From: a virus
DNA: 64,000 nt
IMG/VR virus record: IMGVR_UViG_3300008259_000017
Location: 8,879-72,878 of that record
Strand: one strand, 5' to 3'
Each line of letters begins with the position of its first letter. The stretch's first letter is position 1. This document shows positions 38,701-49,300 of this stretch, piece after piece. Position numbers and translations under genes: made by a program. The notes under the pieces were generated by a model. The model was given only the letters and a program-made list of their open reading frames with translations. It made no database searches and was not told the DNA's origin.

Positions 38701-40555
38701 TATATATTCATTTAAGCCAAAGCCATTGGTTGCAACTGTTGACGTCTATGAAAGTGGTGTAGATCCAGTTACAGGAGAGGCTACTGTAACTTCTAGACAG
38801 GTAACAAAGACGTTTGGAGGTATACCATCGTTTGCGATAGTTGATGATAGATTTAATGTTTATTTTATAGAAGATGGCGGATTAAATATAAAACTTGAAC
38901 AAACAGATGACGGAAGATATACTCCTGTAATTGATACAATATTTGCAAAAATGATTAACTATCCAGCCGCAACTTCTAGATCTTTTGATAAAGAAGAGGA
39001 GTCTATAACAAGAAAGACGAACGCCTATGTTGGTGGTAATAAAAAAGTTAGAGCGGACATAACAAAGAACTTGTTAGCATATTCCGGAGGAGATGAAGTA
39101 AAGCAAAATAGATCTAGTGGATATGGAGATGATCTTGGTGATGCAATGCTTAAGATGCAAGAGAATGCATCATTTTTCCAGTCATTAACTGCCCAACAGT
39201 ATATAGAGATAAATGACAATGGTGGGGACAGTATAGTAGAAAGAGATACTGATGAGACTTTATTTGGATCATCAAAGCCATTCTTTGTTGCTGGACCAAA
39301 TGGCGGTCCATATACAATTTATATAAATTATAACAAACTAAACGACAATCTATTTAATGATGGAGCAATAACTTCTTCTGGTAATTACGTAGGAAAGAAT
39401 GGAGCAAGAGATTTAAAGATATATTTAAATACATTTCTTCCTGATAATCCTATACAAGCAGATCCTCCATATCCAGAGTATGGCGTATATGAGTTTATAA
39501 ATGGAACTGTACTTGAAAATGATGATTTAAGATATGCCGTAACAAATATAGACGTATTTGTATTTCCTCAGATTTACTTTGTAGACATGAGGCAGGTTGC
39601 AGATGATATAGCTGCAGCCTGTGGAACATCGCAAGCAAACCAGCTATTATTGGATATGCCGGGCTTTACAATGGACTTCAACGCAGACGTAGTTGAGCCG
39701 TACAATAGGTGTTTAAATGACTTTATGGGCTTCTTTTTGGATGAGGAAAAGGGGGTCGTTTCAAAGGCAAGGGCAACTATGGCAGCAGGCGGAATACCAG
39801 AAAAGATATCTATAGCAGATATAAAATCTGTATATGACTCTTTTGTAATTTGTACAAATCTTGCAATTGATGACTCATGTAAGTTTACAGTAAATCCACT
39901 AAATACAAGCTTTAAGTTAATGGGAGACTTAGATGAAACCCCATTGGATGGATATATAGATCCAGCGAATACAATAACAGAGGTCGAACTTGACGGTGCT
40001 GTATCAACCATGCCTACAATAACTGGCGCAATGGAGTATGCATCAGGAATAGGTGACTCTGTAACTGTAAATGCAAAATCAAGAGCAATTATCCAAATAA
40101 TCCCAAGAGATTCTTATGATGATCAAATTATTGACACACTTGATTTAAGAAATAAAATAAGAGTTGATATAATTTCTGATAGCACAAGCTCTGGGGCTAA
40201 GCTTGAAAAAATTGATGTTGATCAGGATTTATTAATTAAAAAAGAAGGATCTATATATACACTAGCTATATCCTCTAATACTCCAGGTAAAGTAACAATT
40301 AAAGCAAGCATTTGTGATGTTACAATCCAGGCGGTAACAGAGAGAGGTATAAAAATAGATACTATTGATCAGAATTGCATACCAAATATAGAAGAAAATG
40401 ATACAGAATTATTTGCACCAGGTTCATTGATAAAGGTTGATAGAATTCTTACTGTATTATTTATCGCTCCAAAAGCTCAGACTATGTTTGAATCTAATAA
40501 TGATGGCGCATCAGTTACAATACCACAAGTAGTATTTACAGACATGGCAAATTAA
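32720..40555 (+). CDS. Giant baseplate-associated protein with hydrophobic helical hairpin
   Basis: 2611 aa; IPT/Ig-like segments, coiled coil, ~75-aa Leu/Ile/Cys-rich stretch (37442-37672), DSDGDG loop. Confidence 0.6.
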   Translation: MSSILSVVAGAINKQEVNVSIDINCNPVDPATVGADLFGNPIYEVISPINTENLVPLNGGSVLKVYGNPGFTIGIDGSGSQTSSYASKIRAIKSIISSELEQSSLKERAFDGYKSMSWIRTRINKCLASISNYISSVPYDKSIYQEDKVPEFILSRRYFTAANDIKTTTDSYKNYLSGLGKRDEELNPFGYFCFIPFEAILYIFELLSNISPDGLTGTGLFSANALSPDSERITFKSIYDALLDVSVNGVSWSNKTSAVLASAVLELFSVIRFDENSYYTDASDKNKLAGYYTFLNGTFYLKTPNLSGKDSRESYSDFIYIDNDGSLELLQFVLEILLPEDSLSKSLPILYSQLPNLSIINVTIDYTDGASEQANRNITLEKMNKKAYGELKDYSFKLSPIIKSSLRNNNILNTISKFNQSCSGLAINKDQAIEAFPIPVDINFKYFNQVKDYNQKAEDLFKLYNSVPLHLDVSKSITRVDSLDSYLSAINRPELILSDRDSEITTNQLEKNDLALFSTSNQYSRIALSGSKPEYLFKFEKGLELPPVPNIDSQNAYPLHWLSLNQSEGENEFSLSLSQDSVAKLNSIYSIEKETGNGIINLLDVEFALYIIHNATGQFLRLPGPNILINVAESSITQIIPDGFYGGKPITPSDNLSFKIVGENLENAQGVYIALETEDRLIIGSNEPGFIATNNQISVFSTKLWSEVLSLIGKFKVFVKTIKTANKKTNTKEINISADGTSAQNLERNINTKLFFTSLNSIYSSVEGKPKKLANNVINNKSPDSIPLALDGTSVSLSLKSKDTYVFSESSRGGLYCYLAVKDEDIANSVGLKSDVAKVTVAGENYYFNKKLEWAYGSEYFKKSKIGNLVELSIPGPAKNTPLNLSKFIETTGAHKSYLIFTNSKITSNTEFDITSSTSEFPVSILQLGKDQLDKPAFITPPYILGLFADIDKESGGAADFNISEAYNAQEGLFLKIKNAIPSGMLSSDVIVKINGSESISAKDNIKYLMVLFKSPNRKSNILSKYHNFYIESLKINKFRFRKVKYLEKNIAVAIFKNINNLPKIGYSEVKILRQNLEHFGTTSSDLYTKVSKRINTVQPDGNDIILNTDVRSLDSYNVLNGKLIPENCIVPINTNSVYSGILQYFGYLTPAALAPRWSANEGLEDISRDPPPYIRFSNPVIIKTNIDLFVGDESSNPYGAVLSDQKVEDGATKEDYVKLSSEKIYPIVSREYAESKAALQKKESEQKLNNITSSNEKIKDSDTATEEDKAAAESSSLIVTDIAGLQGELDALLANVNSATAEIMAKIEQINELLRKASAIADKLSSGVFAALDSIEEMIGNTSRPEDVSAISQYRCLIPDTIAKNSSYSSYDGSEFFITITTHIAKAHSIKQRIPEILKISIDGKEYNSDNYKDITIGSNPIVINIYVKDGDKDLKIELSKFRVSSTFKEKTSDGIFIYTATINPSDRIQLFETNDCIKLSVSTTNKDRLNINRTISPEFGQDIDRAMDRAKGGIDKFKKKSKKKIDDKIKQAKLKVGPWITDASLAAQDVIRSFCDFSFHLTAEIAFQLKALRIIYVPIKVIFCIIDVLCALTNPVKLALAIIRLFVCLFDLLLLLPQLALPVLFLTLLIHILELLLCVIQKIITMVVATNEIIDALERAVKERSFEAIKNLEIALEEHLITIEADLQVMEPILQIIALIQELLQLVFAFPCQVNQDPDDPGCIDPSMLAGLIVGKVAPSGQLVPDAMIPMAQAYTNLSSQRTGTEGNTPDSPDHDPEDVTDIDYNSPPKNEAGNKISNVLYKTTEAIDANSDVIVSNNSLFAGNALPDLIDSQTQLPKTVQPGGYFSGDSDGDGKIDNINYEKLRFKNGDFNATFTMSCTKAKKKFSFGLPFLNPKNDPRFVEFRFNNRGLTNNFIFGKFANFFGIKGKVIDENFPLDSNPTFLSANGNELKIFSQASSSFNSDKIKLISPIDGFSDFIEYVGVDSGFGDTIYSFKPKPLVATVDVYESGVDPVTGEATVTSRQVTKTFGGIPSFAIVDDRFNVYFIEDGGLNIKLEQTDDGRYTPVIDTIFAKMINYPAATSRSFDKEEESITRKTNAYVGGNKKVRADITKNLLAYSGGDEVKQNRSSGYGDDLGDAMLKMQENASFFQSLTAQQYIEINDNGGDSIVERDTDETLFGSSKPFFVAGPNGGPYTIYINYNKLNDNLFNDGAITSSGNYVGKNGARDLKIYLNTFLPDNPIQADPPYPEYGVYEFINGTVLENDDLRYAVTNIDVFVFPQIYFVDMRQVADDIAAACGTSQANQLLLDMPGFTMDFNADVVEPYNRCLNDFMGFFLDEEKGVVSKARATMAAGGIPEKISIADIKSVYDSFVICTNLAIDDSCKFTVNPLNTSFKLMGDLDETPLDGYIDPANTITEVELDGAVSTMPTITGAMEYASGIGDSVTVNAKSRAIIQIIPRDSYDDQIIDTLDLRNKIRVDIISDSTSSGAKLEKIDVDQDLLIKKEGSIYTLAISSNTPGKVTIKASICDVTIQAVTERGIKIDTIDQNCIPNIEENDTELFAPGSLIKVDRILTVLFIAPKAQTMFESNNDGASVTIPQVVFTDMAN

Positions 40556-42537
40556 TGAATTTTGAAAATATAGATAAAATAACAAAACTATTACAAGATC
40601 AGAACAGTACTGTTAATCCTGATTTGATTCAGACGCTTGAGCAAGCAAGGGTTTTGCTTTCTGAAATCTATGATGTAGAAGAATCTAATGCAGAATCTGC
40701 AGAGGCAAAAGGTGCAGAAAATAATATTTATGAATTTGCATACAATAAAATTAATGCAGAATTTGATAAATTATTTAATGAAATAGAAAACAACAGATCT
40801 AGTTATATGCCATACAGCTTGTATAAACAAGTTTTAAAATTTTCAGAAGAAGATACTAGTGGATCAAGCGAAGTATTAAATGAATCAACTATAATTGAAA
40901 GCCCTCAAAACGCATTCTATAGAATGGTTGGACTTCCATCGTCAGAGGACTTGGAGGTTAGCTATAAACTTCCAATAATAAATACCAGTGGTGAGCTAAA
41001 AGATAATGTAGTTAGTGCTCGCAATATTTATAACTTTTTAGACTCAAGGCAGGCTGCTTATTCTATTAGCTGCTCTAATGCCATATCTCAATATAATATA
41101 TACAATCAAAGATCATCAGAAGATATATTGAAAAAAAGTTATCACCTAAGTGATGATAAGTATGACGATGTAATTAATATGTCAAATTTGATTGGCAGTC
41201 TTTTACTTTCAACTAGTGAAAACTACTCTCAAAATTTTACAGCTACTTTGCAAGAAATAAACAGCTATAAAGAAGATGTTGTTTTACTTGAAGAGAGTAC
41301 TGATGGATTAAACCCTTCGCTATTTGATAAGATTATTTCAGATATGGATGGTATGAAGTTTGAAGAAGGTATACAATATATATCTAATAACTTATTTTTA
41401 TTTTATGGAAGCTTTCTAACTTTTATTTATTTGATCAGCAACCCAAACAACCAGCAAGATGAGGCTCCAAATATAAGTGATATATCTTTTCTTTTAAATG
41501 ATTTGGTTTTTAAAAAAGAAGTTGACGAAACTGTAAACAATATTGAAAATATATTCTTTAATTATAGCTCATTTTTATTTCCAATGGTTCAAGACGGAAG
41601 AATTGCAAAATGTATAAATGATCCTGAAAAAATAATTGCAGAGCCATTCTCTCCAAAAAGCAAGCGAGTGATAAATGGAAAGGGATTGAAATCTTCATTA
41701 CTTGAGACAATAATAAGAATAAGGAGTGATGTAAATTCTGGAACTAAAAAGTATTTATTTGATGATTTTAAAATATCCAATAATCAAAATATAGTAACAA
41801 ATGAGGATATATCTGGACCTACACTAGGTTATATAGAGTCTTTGTTAATAATTAGAATGCTAGATTCGTTATCCTTACTTGCTAAAAATGTAAGAAACTC
41901 TATAAATACAATTTCTAAGTCACAAAGAAAGAATAAAATAGGGTTATACTCAAGCTGCAACAAAATAAGGAGGTCCAATCCAACTACAGCTTCAGGTCAT
42001 GAAACAATCCAAGATAAGCCAGAGGCAGAAAGATTAAATGCAATGCTTCTTATAGAAGATTCTTTGATGCTGGTACTTGGAACTGGAGAGGAGCAGGGAG
42101 TTGTAGATCTTCAGGTTGGAACTGCAAGAAATTCATCAATATCAAACTCAGTATTAATGCCATCATTATTAAATGTTGCTCAAGTTCCTAGAAACTATAT
42201 AAATAATAGGCTTTTAGAGATAAAGAAAGATGGACATTCGTCAACCTCAACTGGAAACAAATCACAGGGAGGTATAGAGACTGCGATAGGCATTGCAAGC
42301 GGAATAGGTATGGTTGACTTTATAGTTTTAACATTATCACTTTTAACTATAGACGAGGTCAGCTTGATAGCTCTTTTGAACAAATCCCAAAGAGAAGCCA
42401 TGTTTAATGAGTTGAAAACTTTATCTGGATTTAGAAAATCTGTTGAAGAGCAAACTATATATAGCTCTGTAAATAGATTAACCCAAATAACTCACTCTTA
42501 TTACAATATCTTTATAGATTTGCTAAAGAACATATAA
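40555..42537 (+). CDS. Hypothetical, mainly helical protein in the baseplate cluster
   Basis: 660 aa, TAATG overlap; ESPQNAFYRMVGLP, RIIAEPF-like motif, hydrophobic C-terminal helix. Confidence 0.55.
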   Translation: MNFENIDKITKLLQDQNSTVNPDLIQTLEQARVLLSEIYDVEESNAESAEAKGAENNIYEFAYNKINAEFDKLFNEIENNRSSYMPYSLYKQVLKFSEEDTSGSSEVLNESTIIESPQNAFYRMVGLPSSEDLEVSYKLPIINTSGELKDNVVSARNIYNFLDSRQAAYSISCSNAISQYNIYNQRSSEDILKKSYHLSDDKYDDVINMSNLIGSLLLSTSENYSQNFTATLQEINSYKEDVVLLEESTDGLNPSLFDKIISDMDGMKFEEGIQYISNNLFLFYGSFLTFIYLISNPNNQQDEAPNISDISFLLNDLVFKKEVDETVNNIENIFFNYSSFLFPMVQDGRIAKCINDPEKIIAEPFSPKSKRVINGKGLKSSLLETIIRIRSDVNSGTKKYLFDDFKISNNQNIVTNEDISGPTLGYIESLLIIRMLDSLSLLAKNVRNSINTISKSQRKNKIGLYSSCNKIRRSNPTTASGHETIQDKPEAERLNAMLLIEDSLMLVLGTGEEQGVVDLQVGTARNSSISNSVLMPSLLNVAQVPRNYINNRLLEIKKDGHSSTSTGNKSQGGIETAIGIASGIGMVDFIVLTLSLLTIDEVSLIALLNKSQREAMFNELKTLSGFRKSVEEQTIYSSVNRLTQITHSYYNIFIDLLKNI

Positions 42538-42603
42538 AGTCTATGACTATTTTAAAGCCTAAATATCTATTATTTTTATTTGAATATTTAGGTTATACAA
42601 AAA

Positions 42604-43032
42604 ATGTCATTTGATTTAAAAATAGCAAAAGGAGACTTGCAGCTAAATCCTGATGGAACTGCATCAATTGCAAGCGGCAATCAAAAGTTAAGACAAGATA
42701 TATTGAAAATATTGCTTACATCTTTTGGTGATAATAAATATCATCCAGGCTATGGAAGTAATCTGAGTATGCTTGAGATTGGATCATCAGACATTGTAAT
42801 TGCTGAAAATGAAATTAAAAGTTCAGTAATATCATCTATAAATACTTTAATGAGCATGCAGAGATCTCAAGCAAAATATCAAACACTTTATCCATCTGAA
42901 GTTATAGTATCTATATTGGATGTTCAAGTAGGAAGAGATTCTCTTGATCCAAGAATGTATAATTTAAGAATATCCATATTGACTCAGCAACTTACTGAGG
43001 TATTTGATAATATAACAATAAGATTATTATAG
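42604..43032 (+). CDS. Baseplate wedge subunit gp25/gpW-like
   Basis: MSFDLKI..GDL...KLRQDILKILLT..G.NKYHPGYGSNL...DPRMYNLRISI. Confidence 0.85.
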   Translation: MSFDLKIAKGDLQLNPDGTASIASGNQKLRQDILKILLTSFGDNKYHPGYGSNLSMLEIGSSDIVIAENEIKSSVISSINTLMSMQRSQAKYQTLYPSEVIVSILDVQVGRDSLDPRMYNLRISILTQQLTEVFDNITIRLL

Positions 43033-43041
43033 GATTAAAAA

Positions 43042-46000
43042 ATGGCAACAACAAGAGGATTTAGTGAAATAGTAAACTCAATGATTGAGAGGCTAAAGGT
43101 TAGCCAGCCAAATCTAGACACAAAGCCTGGTACAGTATCTAGAGATTTGTTTATTGATCTGCCAGCAGATCAATTATCAAAATTTTACAGTTTATTAAAT
43201 ATAATAGCAGGCAAGCAGTCATTGGCAACGTCCTCTGGTCAGGATTTAGACCTTCTTGCTGGAAATTTTGGAATTGGAAGAACTACTGGATCTCCAGCTT
43301 CAGGATATGTAGTGCTATGTATTAATACTTTAAATTCAGACATTCCAATTCCAACTGGAACTATAGTTACCGCAAGAAATGGTTTTACATATAAAGTTCT
43401 TGGAAATTATTCATTATCTGTATCTGATAAGGGAAGGTTATCATCAAATGCAAATAGATTAAGAAAAGCGCTAAATATTGCAGGCATATCCTCAAACTAT
43501 GCACTAGAGATACCGGTAGAGTGCTCTAGGGTGGGCGAAGCTGGAAACATATCTTCGATGCAGATAGTATCAATAGACCTAGAGGCAAACGGATTAAGTG
43601 TAACAAATCTTTCCTCATTTTCTGGTGGAACATCAAGAGAACAGGATGATTCTTTTAGATCTAGGATTTTATCAGTATTTAGTGGTGCAAACATAGGAAC
43701 AAGTGCAAGCTACAGAAACACTGCTATATCAGTCAATGGAGTTCAGGATGCGTTAGTTGTCGAGCCTGGAAGTTCTCTTATGCTAAGAGATGGCACTGAA
43801 GTTATTTCAGTATCTGATAATTCAAAGAGAATTATAAACTCAGGAACAGGTGGAAAAGTAGACTTATATGTTCTTGGCTCAAAAACTAGTCAGGTATCTG
43901 AAACATATATTTATACAGATCTTTCTGGCAAAGGAGATGCAACAAGAGAGGAAAATGATTATATTCTTGGACAAGCTAACCAAGACCTAACTAGAACTGT
44001 TGCAGAAAGAAGAGTTTTATCACTAAAAACTGGAAACATACCTTTGCAACCAGTATCGAGTATGGTATCAGTAGTGGGAAGTTCATCTGGTGAGCTTGTA
44101 GAGAAGTATACTGATGCATCTGGTGCGGTAGTTGGAAATTATGAGCTGATAAAAGATACATCAGATGATGTTGGTGGAAGTCCATTCGGCTTTGACAAGA
44201 TTCATTTTATATCAAATATTAAAAAAATTGAAGGAGAGATTGTAGCAAAGGGGCTTAATAATAGCGTTGATCCTGTTTTATTTACAGAGCTAAATAACAT
44301 TAACTCTGTTTACTCTGATGTAATAGAGACTTCAGATTCAGGCATAGTAAGTAAGGCAGCAAAAAATATAATAAAGGTAAATCATTATCCAGTTGTAAGA
44401 GTTAGTAGAGTTCAGAATATAACAACTGGAGAGGTTTATATAATTTCAAATCAAAATTTTGATTCTGTAACTGGTTTAAATTTAACTGGCGAGTTTTATA
44501 TATCTGGAAAACAACTACCATCTCCTTCTGATATTATATCTGTAAATTATACATGGAGAAAATACTTTAATCCAGCAATAGACTATGCTGGTTATAAAAA
44601 TATATCTACATTTTATTACTCAACGTCTACTGATATAGTAGACTGGACAACTCCAAATGGAATAATAAAAGAAGAATCTACAGTTGAATTAAGTGGCGAT
44701 GGATTAGAATATATAGTAAGTCTTTCAAATAATATATCTGCTGTGTCATCAGTCTATACTGACACAGAAGCTTCTGGAACAGTTGAGCAATTTGTAATTG
44801 ATGGCGATACATTATATGGTGTGAACATACTATCACCTGTTGACAATGTAGTAAGCGCAAAAAGAGAAGACGGATTGGAATTATTTAATACAACTAAATC
44901 AGATGGAAAAATAGTTGGATATAAAATTATTTTCCCAAGCGATTCACAGGCATCAGTTGGAGACTTAGTAACTATAAACTATAATAAAATAGAACTGTAT
45001 AATTTTGATGAATCTGATGCAAGTTATTCAAATGAAATAATTACTTTGCCAGGACAATCAGTTAGAGAGGCTAATGATTTAGAATCAATTATAACAACTT
45101 TGTATACAAATAATCTTCCAGTTTATATAAACTATGTTGCAAATATAAACCAACTTGTATCTCAAGTTGATTTATCAAAGCTTCCTATACAGTCTATATC
45201 AGGATCAAATAATTTATCCTTGGCAGTTGATACTGTAGATACATTAAGGCAGCCAATGGATCTTTCTTATGTTGATGGTATAGTTAATGATGTAATTAGA
45301 TTTAGTCCATCACAATTAAGATTTGTAGCTACGAATATTTCAAATCCAGGAAAAATAAGAATACAAGGAACGTCTTTTAATACTTATATCCTAACAGTTC
45401 CTGGAAAAGATTCATCTGGAAAGGTTATAAACATTCTTAATGCTCTAAAGGAAGCAACGGGATTACAGAGCCTTCCATCCTATGGAATAGCAAGGGTAAA
45501 TAATATAGAGGTAACATCTGGATTAAAAACTACAACATTAGATATCCATGGATATGGATTGAATAACAATATATATGATAATAAAAGATGCTATAAAGAT
45601 TCACTGCTAAGCCCATTTGAGGTTTCTATACCAAGCATTTCTGAAAATCCATCATCATTTAATTCAGGTGACTCAATAGCCATAACATGTCAAGTTTTCA
45701 ATACTCTTGCGCAAGAAGAGATTTCTATAAGATCATCTGGAATAAAAACAACGGTTATGTCATATGGGATTATAAATAAAATATCTATATCTTCCGGATT
45801 CAAGAGTCCTGCAGGAATTTTAAAAGGTAATATAGAGGTTCTGACTTATACTCAGCCTTTAAGCTCTACAAATTATTATTGTAATTATGATTTTATCGCT
45901 CCAAAAAATGGAGAAAGATTGACAATATCTTATAATCTAAATAACTTAATTATAGATGTTACACAGCAGATAGAGCAGTACAGACCTGTTACTGCAGATG

Positions 46001-46338
46001 TACTTGTAAAAGAGGCGTTTAACATACAAGTAGATGTCGTGGGAACAATACTTGTAAATGATGATTTTATTTCAGAAGCTGATACAATAGAGCAGAATGT
46101 AATAACTGCTATATCAGGACTTTTAAATACCGGAACATTAGGATCCAGGGTTGATTATTCTGATGCAATATACGCGTCTGCAAATGTAAGAGGCGTTGAT
46201 TCAGTTAATATTTCTTTATTTAATGAATCAGGAAAAGTTGGAAGAAAAGCTTTTATTTCTTCTTTAGAGAATCAGACTATTGTACCTGGTACAATTACAA
46301 TTAAAGCTGTATCTAAAGATAAATTTAAAATTAATTAA
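43042..46338 (+). CDS. Baseplate J-like wedge protein (gp6-like)
   Basis: GQDLDLLAGNFGIGR...ASG.V, IPTGTIV, VEC...GEAGN, FSGGTSREQDDSFRSRI, VNGVQDALVVE motifs. Confidence 0.88.
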   Translation: MATTRGFSEIVNSMIERLKVSQPNLDTKPGTVSRDLFIDLPADQLSKFYSLLNIIAGKQSLATSSGQDLDLLAGNFGIGRTTGSPASGYVVLCINTLNSDIPIPTGTIVTARNGFTYKVLGNYSLSVSDKGRLSSNANRLRKALNIAGISSNYALEIPVECSRVGEAGNISSMQIVSIDLEANGLSVTNLSSFSGGTSREQDDSFRSRILSVFSGANIGTSASYRNTAISVNGVQDALVVEPGSSLMLRDGTEVISVSDNSKRIINSGTGGKVDLYVLGSKTSQVSETYIYTDLSGKGDATREENDYILGQANQDLTRTVAERRVLSLKTGNIPLQPVSSMVSVVGSSSGELVEKYTDASGAVVGNYELIKDTSDDVGGSPFGFDKIHFISNIKKIEGEIVAKGLNNSVDPVLFTELNNINSVYSDVIETSDSGIVSKAAKNIIKVNHYPVVRVSRVQNITTGEVYIISNQNFDSVTGLNLTGEFYISGKQLPSPSDIISVNYTWRKYFNPAIDYAGYKNISTFYYSTSTDIVDWTTPNGIIKEESTVELSGDGLEYIVSLSNNISAVSSVYTDTEASGTVEQFVIDGDTLYGVNILSPVDNVVSAKREDGLELFNTTKSDGKIVGYKIIFPSDSQASVGDLVTINYNKIELYNFDESDASYSNEIITLPGQSVREANDLESIITTLYTNNLPVYINYVANINQLVSQVDLSKLPIQSISGSNNLSLAVDTVDTLRQPMDLSYVDGIVNDVIRFSPSQLRFVATNISNPGKIRIQGTSFNTYILTVPGKDSSGKVINILNALKEATGLQSLPSYGIARVNNIEVTSGLKTTTLDIHGYGLNNNIYDNKRCYKDSLLSPFEVSIPSISENPSSFNSGDSIAITCQVFNTLAQEEISIRSSGIKTTVMSYGIINKISISSGFKSPAGILKGNIEVLTYTQPLSSTNYYCNYDFIAPKNGERLTISYNLNNLIIDVTQQIEQYRPVTADVLVKEAFNIQVDVVGTILVNDDFISEADTIEQNVITAISGLLNTGTLGSRVDYSDAIYASANVRGVDSVNISLFNESGKVGRKAFISSLENQTIVPGTITIKAVSKDKFKIN

Positions 46339-46346
46339 GGATTAAA

Positions 46347-49300
46347 ATGGCTCTAAGACCGGTTAGCTTACAGATAAATTCATCTACAACAGTAGAAATA
46401 TCATTTAATAAAAATTTAAATACCTTAATAAGTGTAGATAATTTTGAAATATCTTCCGCGTCTGGCGTAGAAGACGATATATCAGTTGTAAGTATTTTTA
46501 TAACGGAAAAGACAGTAATACTAACTACAAGGCCGCAAAATCAAGATAATTTATATATAATAACTTTAAAAGATGGTCTGCAAAAATTTTCAGCAGAAGA
46601 TGGCGACAGACTAGTAAATGACGATATAAGCAGAGTTCTATATTTTGTTGGAGCTGATAGTTTTAATCCAGTAAGAGATAGGATGCTGTCAAATGTTCCA
46701 AAGACTTATTCTTTGGAGGGAACTGTAGTAAAAAACGTAGTATCAAATACTGCAGAAGAATTATATACGCTTCAAAAGAATATTGGAGAGGTTTTATCTG
46801 ATAACTATATATCTGCCAGATCTGAAAACGAAGTAAGAATAAGAAACTCTGGCGCTAAAGATAGATTGGCAAACGAAAATGCTTATATGGTTGAATATGT
46901 ATCAAGATATAGAAGTGGTGAGAATTTATTATTTGGCGAACTATTACTAAACAGCTCTGCTATTGCCCCATCTCAAACAGTAGTATCTAATTATCCAATA
47001 TCACTTCAGCAGGTTTTAAATACAGAGGAGTTTGTATTTTCAAATTTAGACTCAAATATATCTGGATATTTAATTACATTATCAAAAAATAATATATTAA
47101 AACTAGAAAGTATAACAATAAAAAAAGCATCTACAGAAGAATGCGAAGACTCTGATTATACATATAATATAGAAAGTTTTAAATATTCTATTAAGGATAA
47201 CAGATATGATCCTTATAGATCTTATTCTTTTAGTGAGCTAGGGTCTAATCAAATATTGCTATCTGAATCATCTGGCTTTGCAATGCCATCAGCTGGCGAT
47301 ACAGTAATTATATCATATCTATACAAAGATTTATCAAGAAATGTATCTACAGATTCAATAGAAGTCTTTTCAATTGAGTCTACTCAATCAGAATTAATTC
47401 CACAAAACATATCAAGATTCTTTTTAAAAAATGCACCAATAACTGATCAATCTGGGGATATACTTTCTTTTGGAAATATAGCTTTTAATTCTTTATCACA
47501 ATATATTGAAAATCCATTTCAAATTGAAATTCAGTTTAGTACATCAAAACTTCCATCTAATTATGGTGAATATTCAGTAAATTACTCTACTGGAGAAGTA
47601 ATAGTATTTGGAACTGTTTCCGCAACTGGTACTGGTTTTGGGCAATACTTAGCAAGCTATACTTACAGAAGGCAGTTCAAAGGAAATCTAGATTATTACT
47701 TATCAGGTTACGACTTTGCTGCAACATCCGGTAGAGATTTAGCAGGAGCAGAGGCTGTAATTAGGTTTACATATCAACAAATCTTTGTTGATGGTGTTGA
47801 TTATAAATCAGAATGTCATATAGAAGTTTTAAATGAAGAAGTTACTAATAACGTTACATCTTCGTTTTCTTTAAAAACAAAGAATCATCCAATAACAAAA
47901 GTATTTAATATATCAAATCAAACAACTGGCGAGGTATATAAGCTCCTTTATTTCTATAAAAATCAAATATTCTTTACAGGAATAAATCCTCCAAGGTTTG
48001 TATCAAGTAAGAACAAAATTCCAAGGTTTGATATTGCTCAGGACGAGAAGATCTCTCCTTACTTTAAATTTGTAAGTCCAATACATAAATTTAAAATAAC
48101 AAATAACGATAGCATAAACAATATACAGATATATCCGCCAATCCAATCACACTTGGTAGATACCACTTCTTCGCAGTATGTTCTAAAGACTTCCTCTGGT
48201 GAGCTTCAAAATATGAATGTAAAATTCTTTGGCCCAGAAGATGGAAATGGAAATATAAATTATATAGCATTAACCACTTCTTCTGACTTGCCAGATGTAA
48301 ATGCGGAATATTATATAGGATTAATATCATTATCAGTAAAGTTAAAAAACAAATATATTCTAAATAAGCTAGAGGATTCAATTGGATCGGTTGTAGATTC
48401 ATCGCTGCATCTGGATAAAGATATTTTTATAACTGAAAAAGTATTCTCTACTGATATTGAATATTATTTAGCTATAAAGAATTTTTACTCAAGTGAAAAT
48501 ATATCAGCAACTTACAATTCTTCTACTGCTAGACTGCAGAATGTTGGAGATTACGTAGTAGATTATTCAACTGGAACAATACATGTTGCAGTTGGAAACG
48601 TATACGATATAGATATAGGAAGGGCAACTTATTCTTACTCAAAAATAGCTTTAAATGGTCTAAATATAGTAACATCTGATGGGATATCAAAAAAGAAAAA
48701 TTACATAGATAATCCATCTGTTGTATTTGAGAAGACAAAAATAGATAATGGAATTATTATAGAGGATTTAAATAATTATCTAGAGATTGCAAGCGAAAAC
48801 AAAATTATATTAGATGATGGAACAGAAGAGTATACATGCGCTGTAACCTCTGACTATGGTATTTACACTAAATATAAGCCAACGCAAGTAAAGGGTGTTT
48901 GGACATTGCAAGATCTATTTGGAAGGTCATCATCAGTTGCAGCATCAAGAGTTACCTCTGGAACTTACGAAAACCTAATTCCATCGAAAGATTTGGGCGG
49001 TAGAAATTTAATAAATGGCTCAGCATCAGTTGAGGACTTCTTTATTGATCTAAAAACATATGTAAAGACAAAGGCAAGGTTTTACTCTGGATATACATTT
49101 GTTGTATATGACGAGCTATTTGGATCAGTATTTGATGTAGTAAACGCAACAACTGGCGCTAGCTTATTGGCTAGCGCAGCAATTAGCTATGTTGATGGAT
49201 ACTTAGAAATATTTATTCCAGATGGATCTGGATTATTCTCTGGAAATGATGTAGTAATATCATATGTAAAAAGCTATATACCAGCGCCCGGAACCAGAGT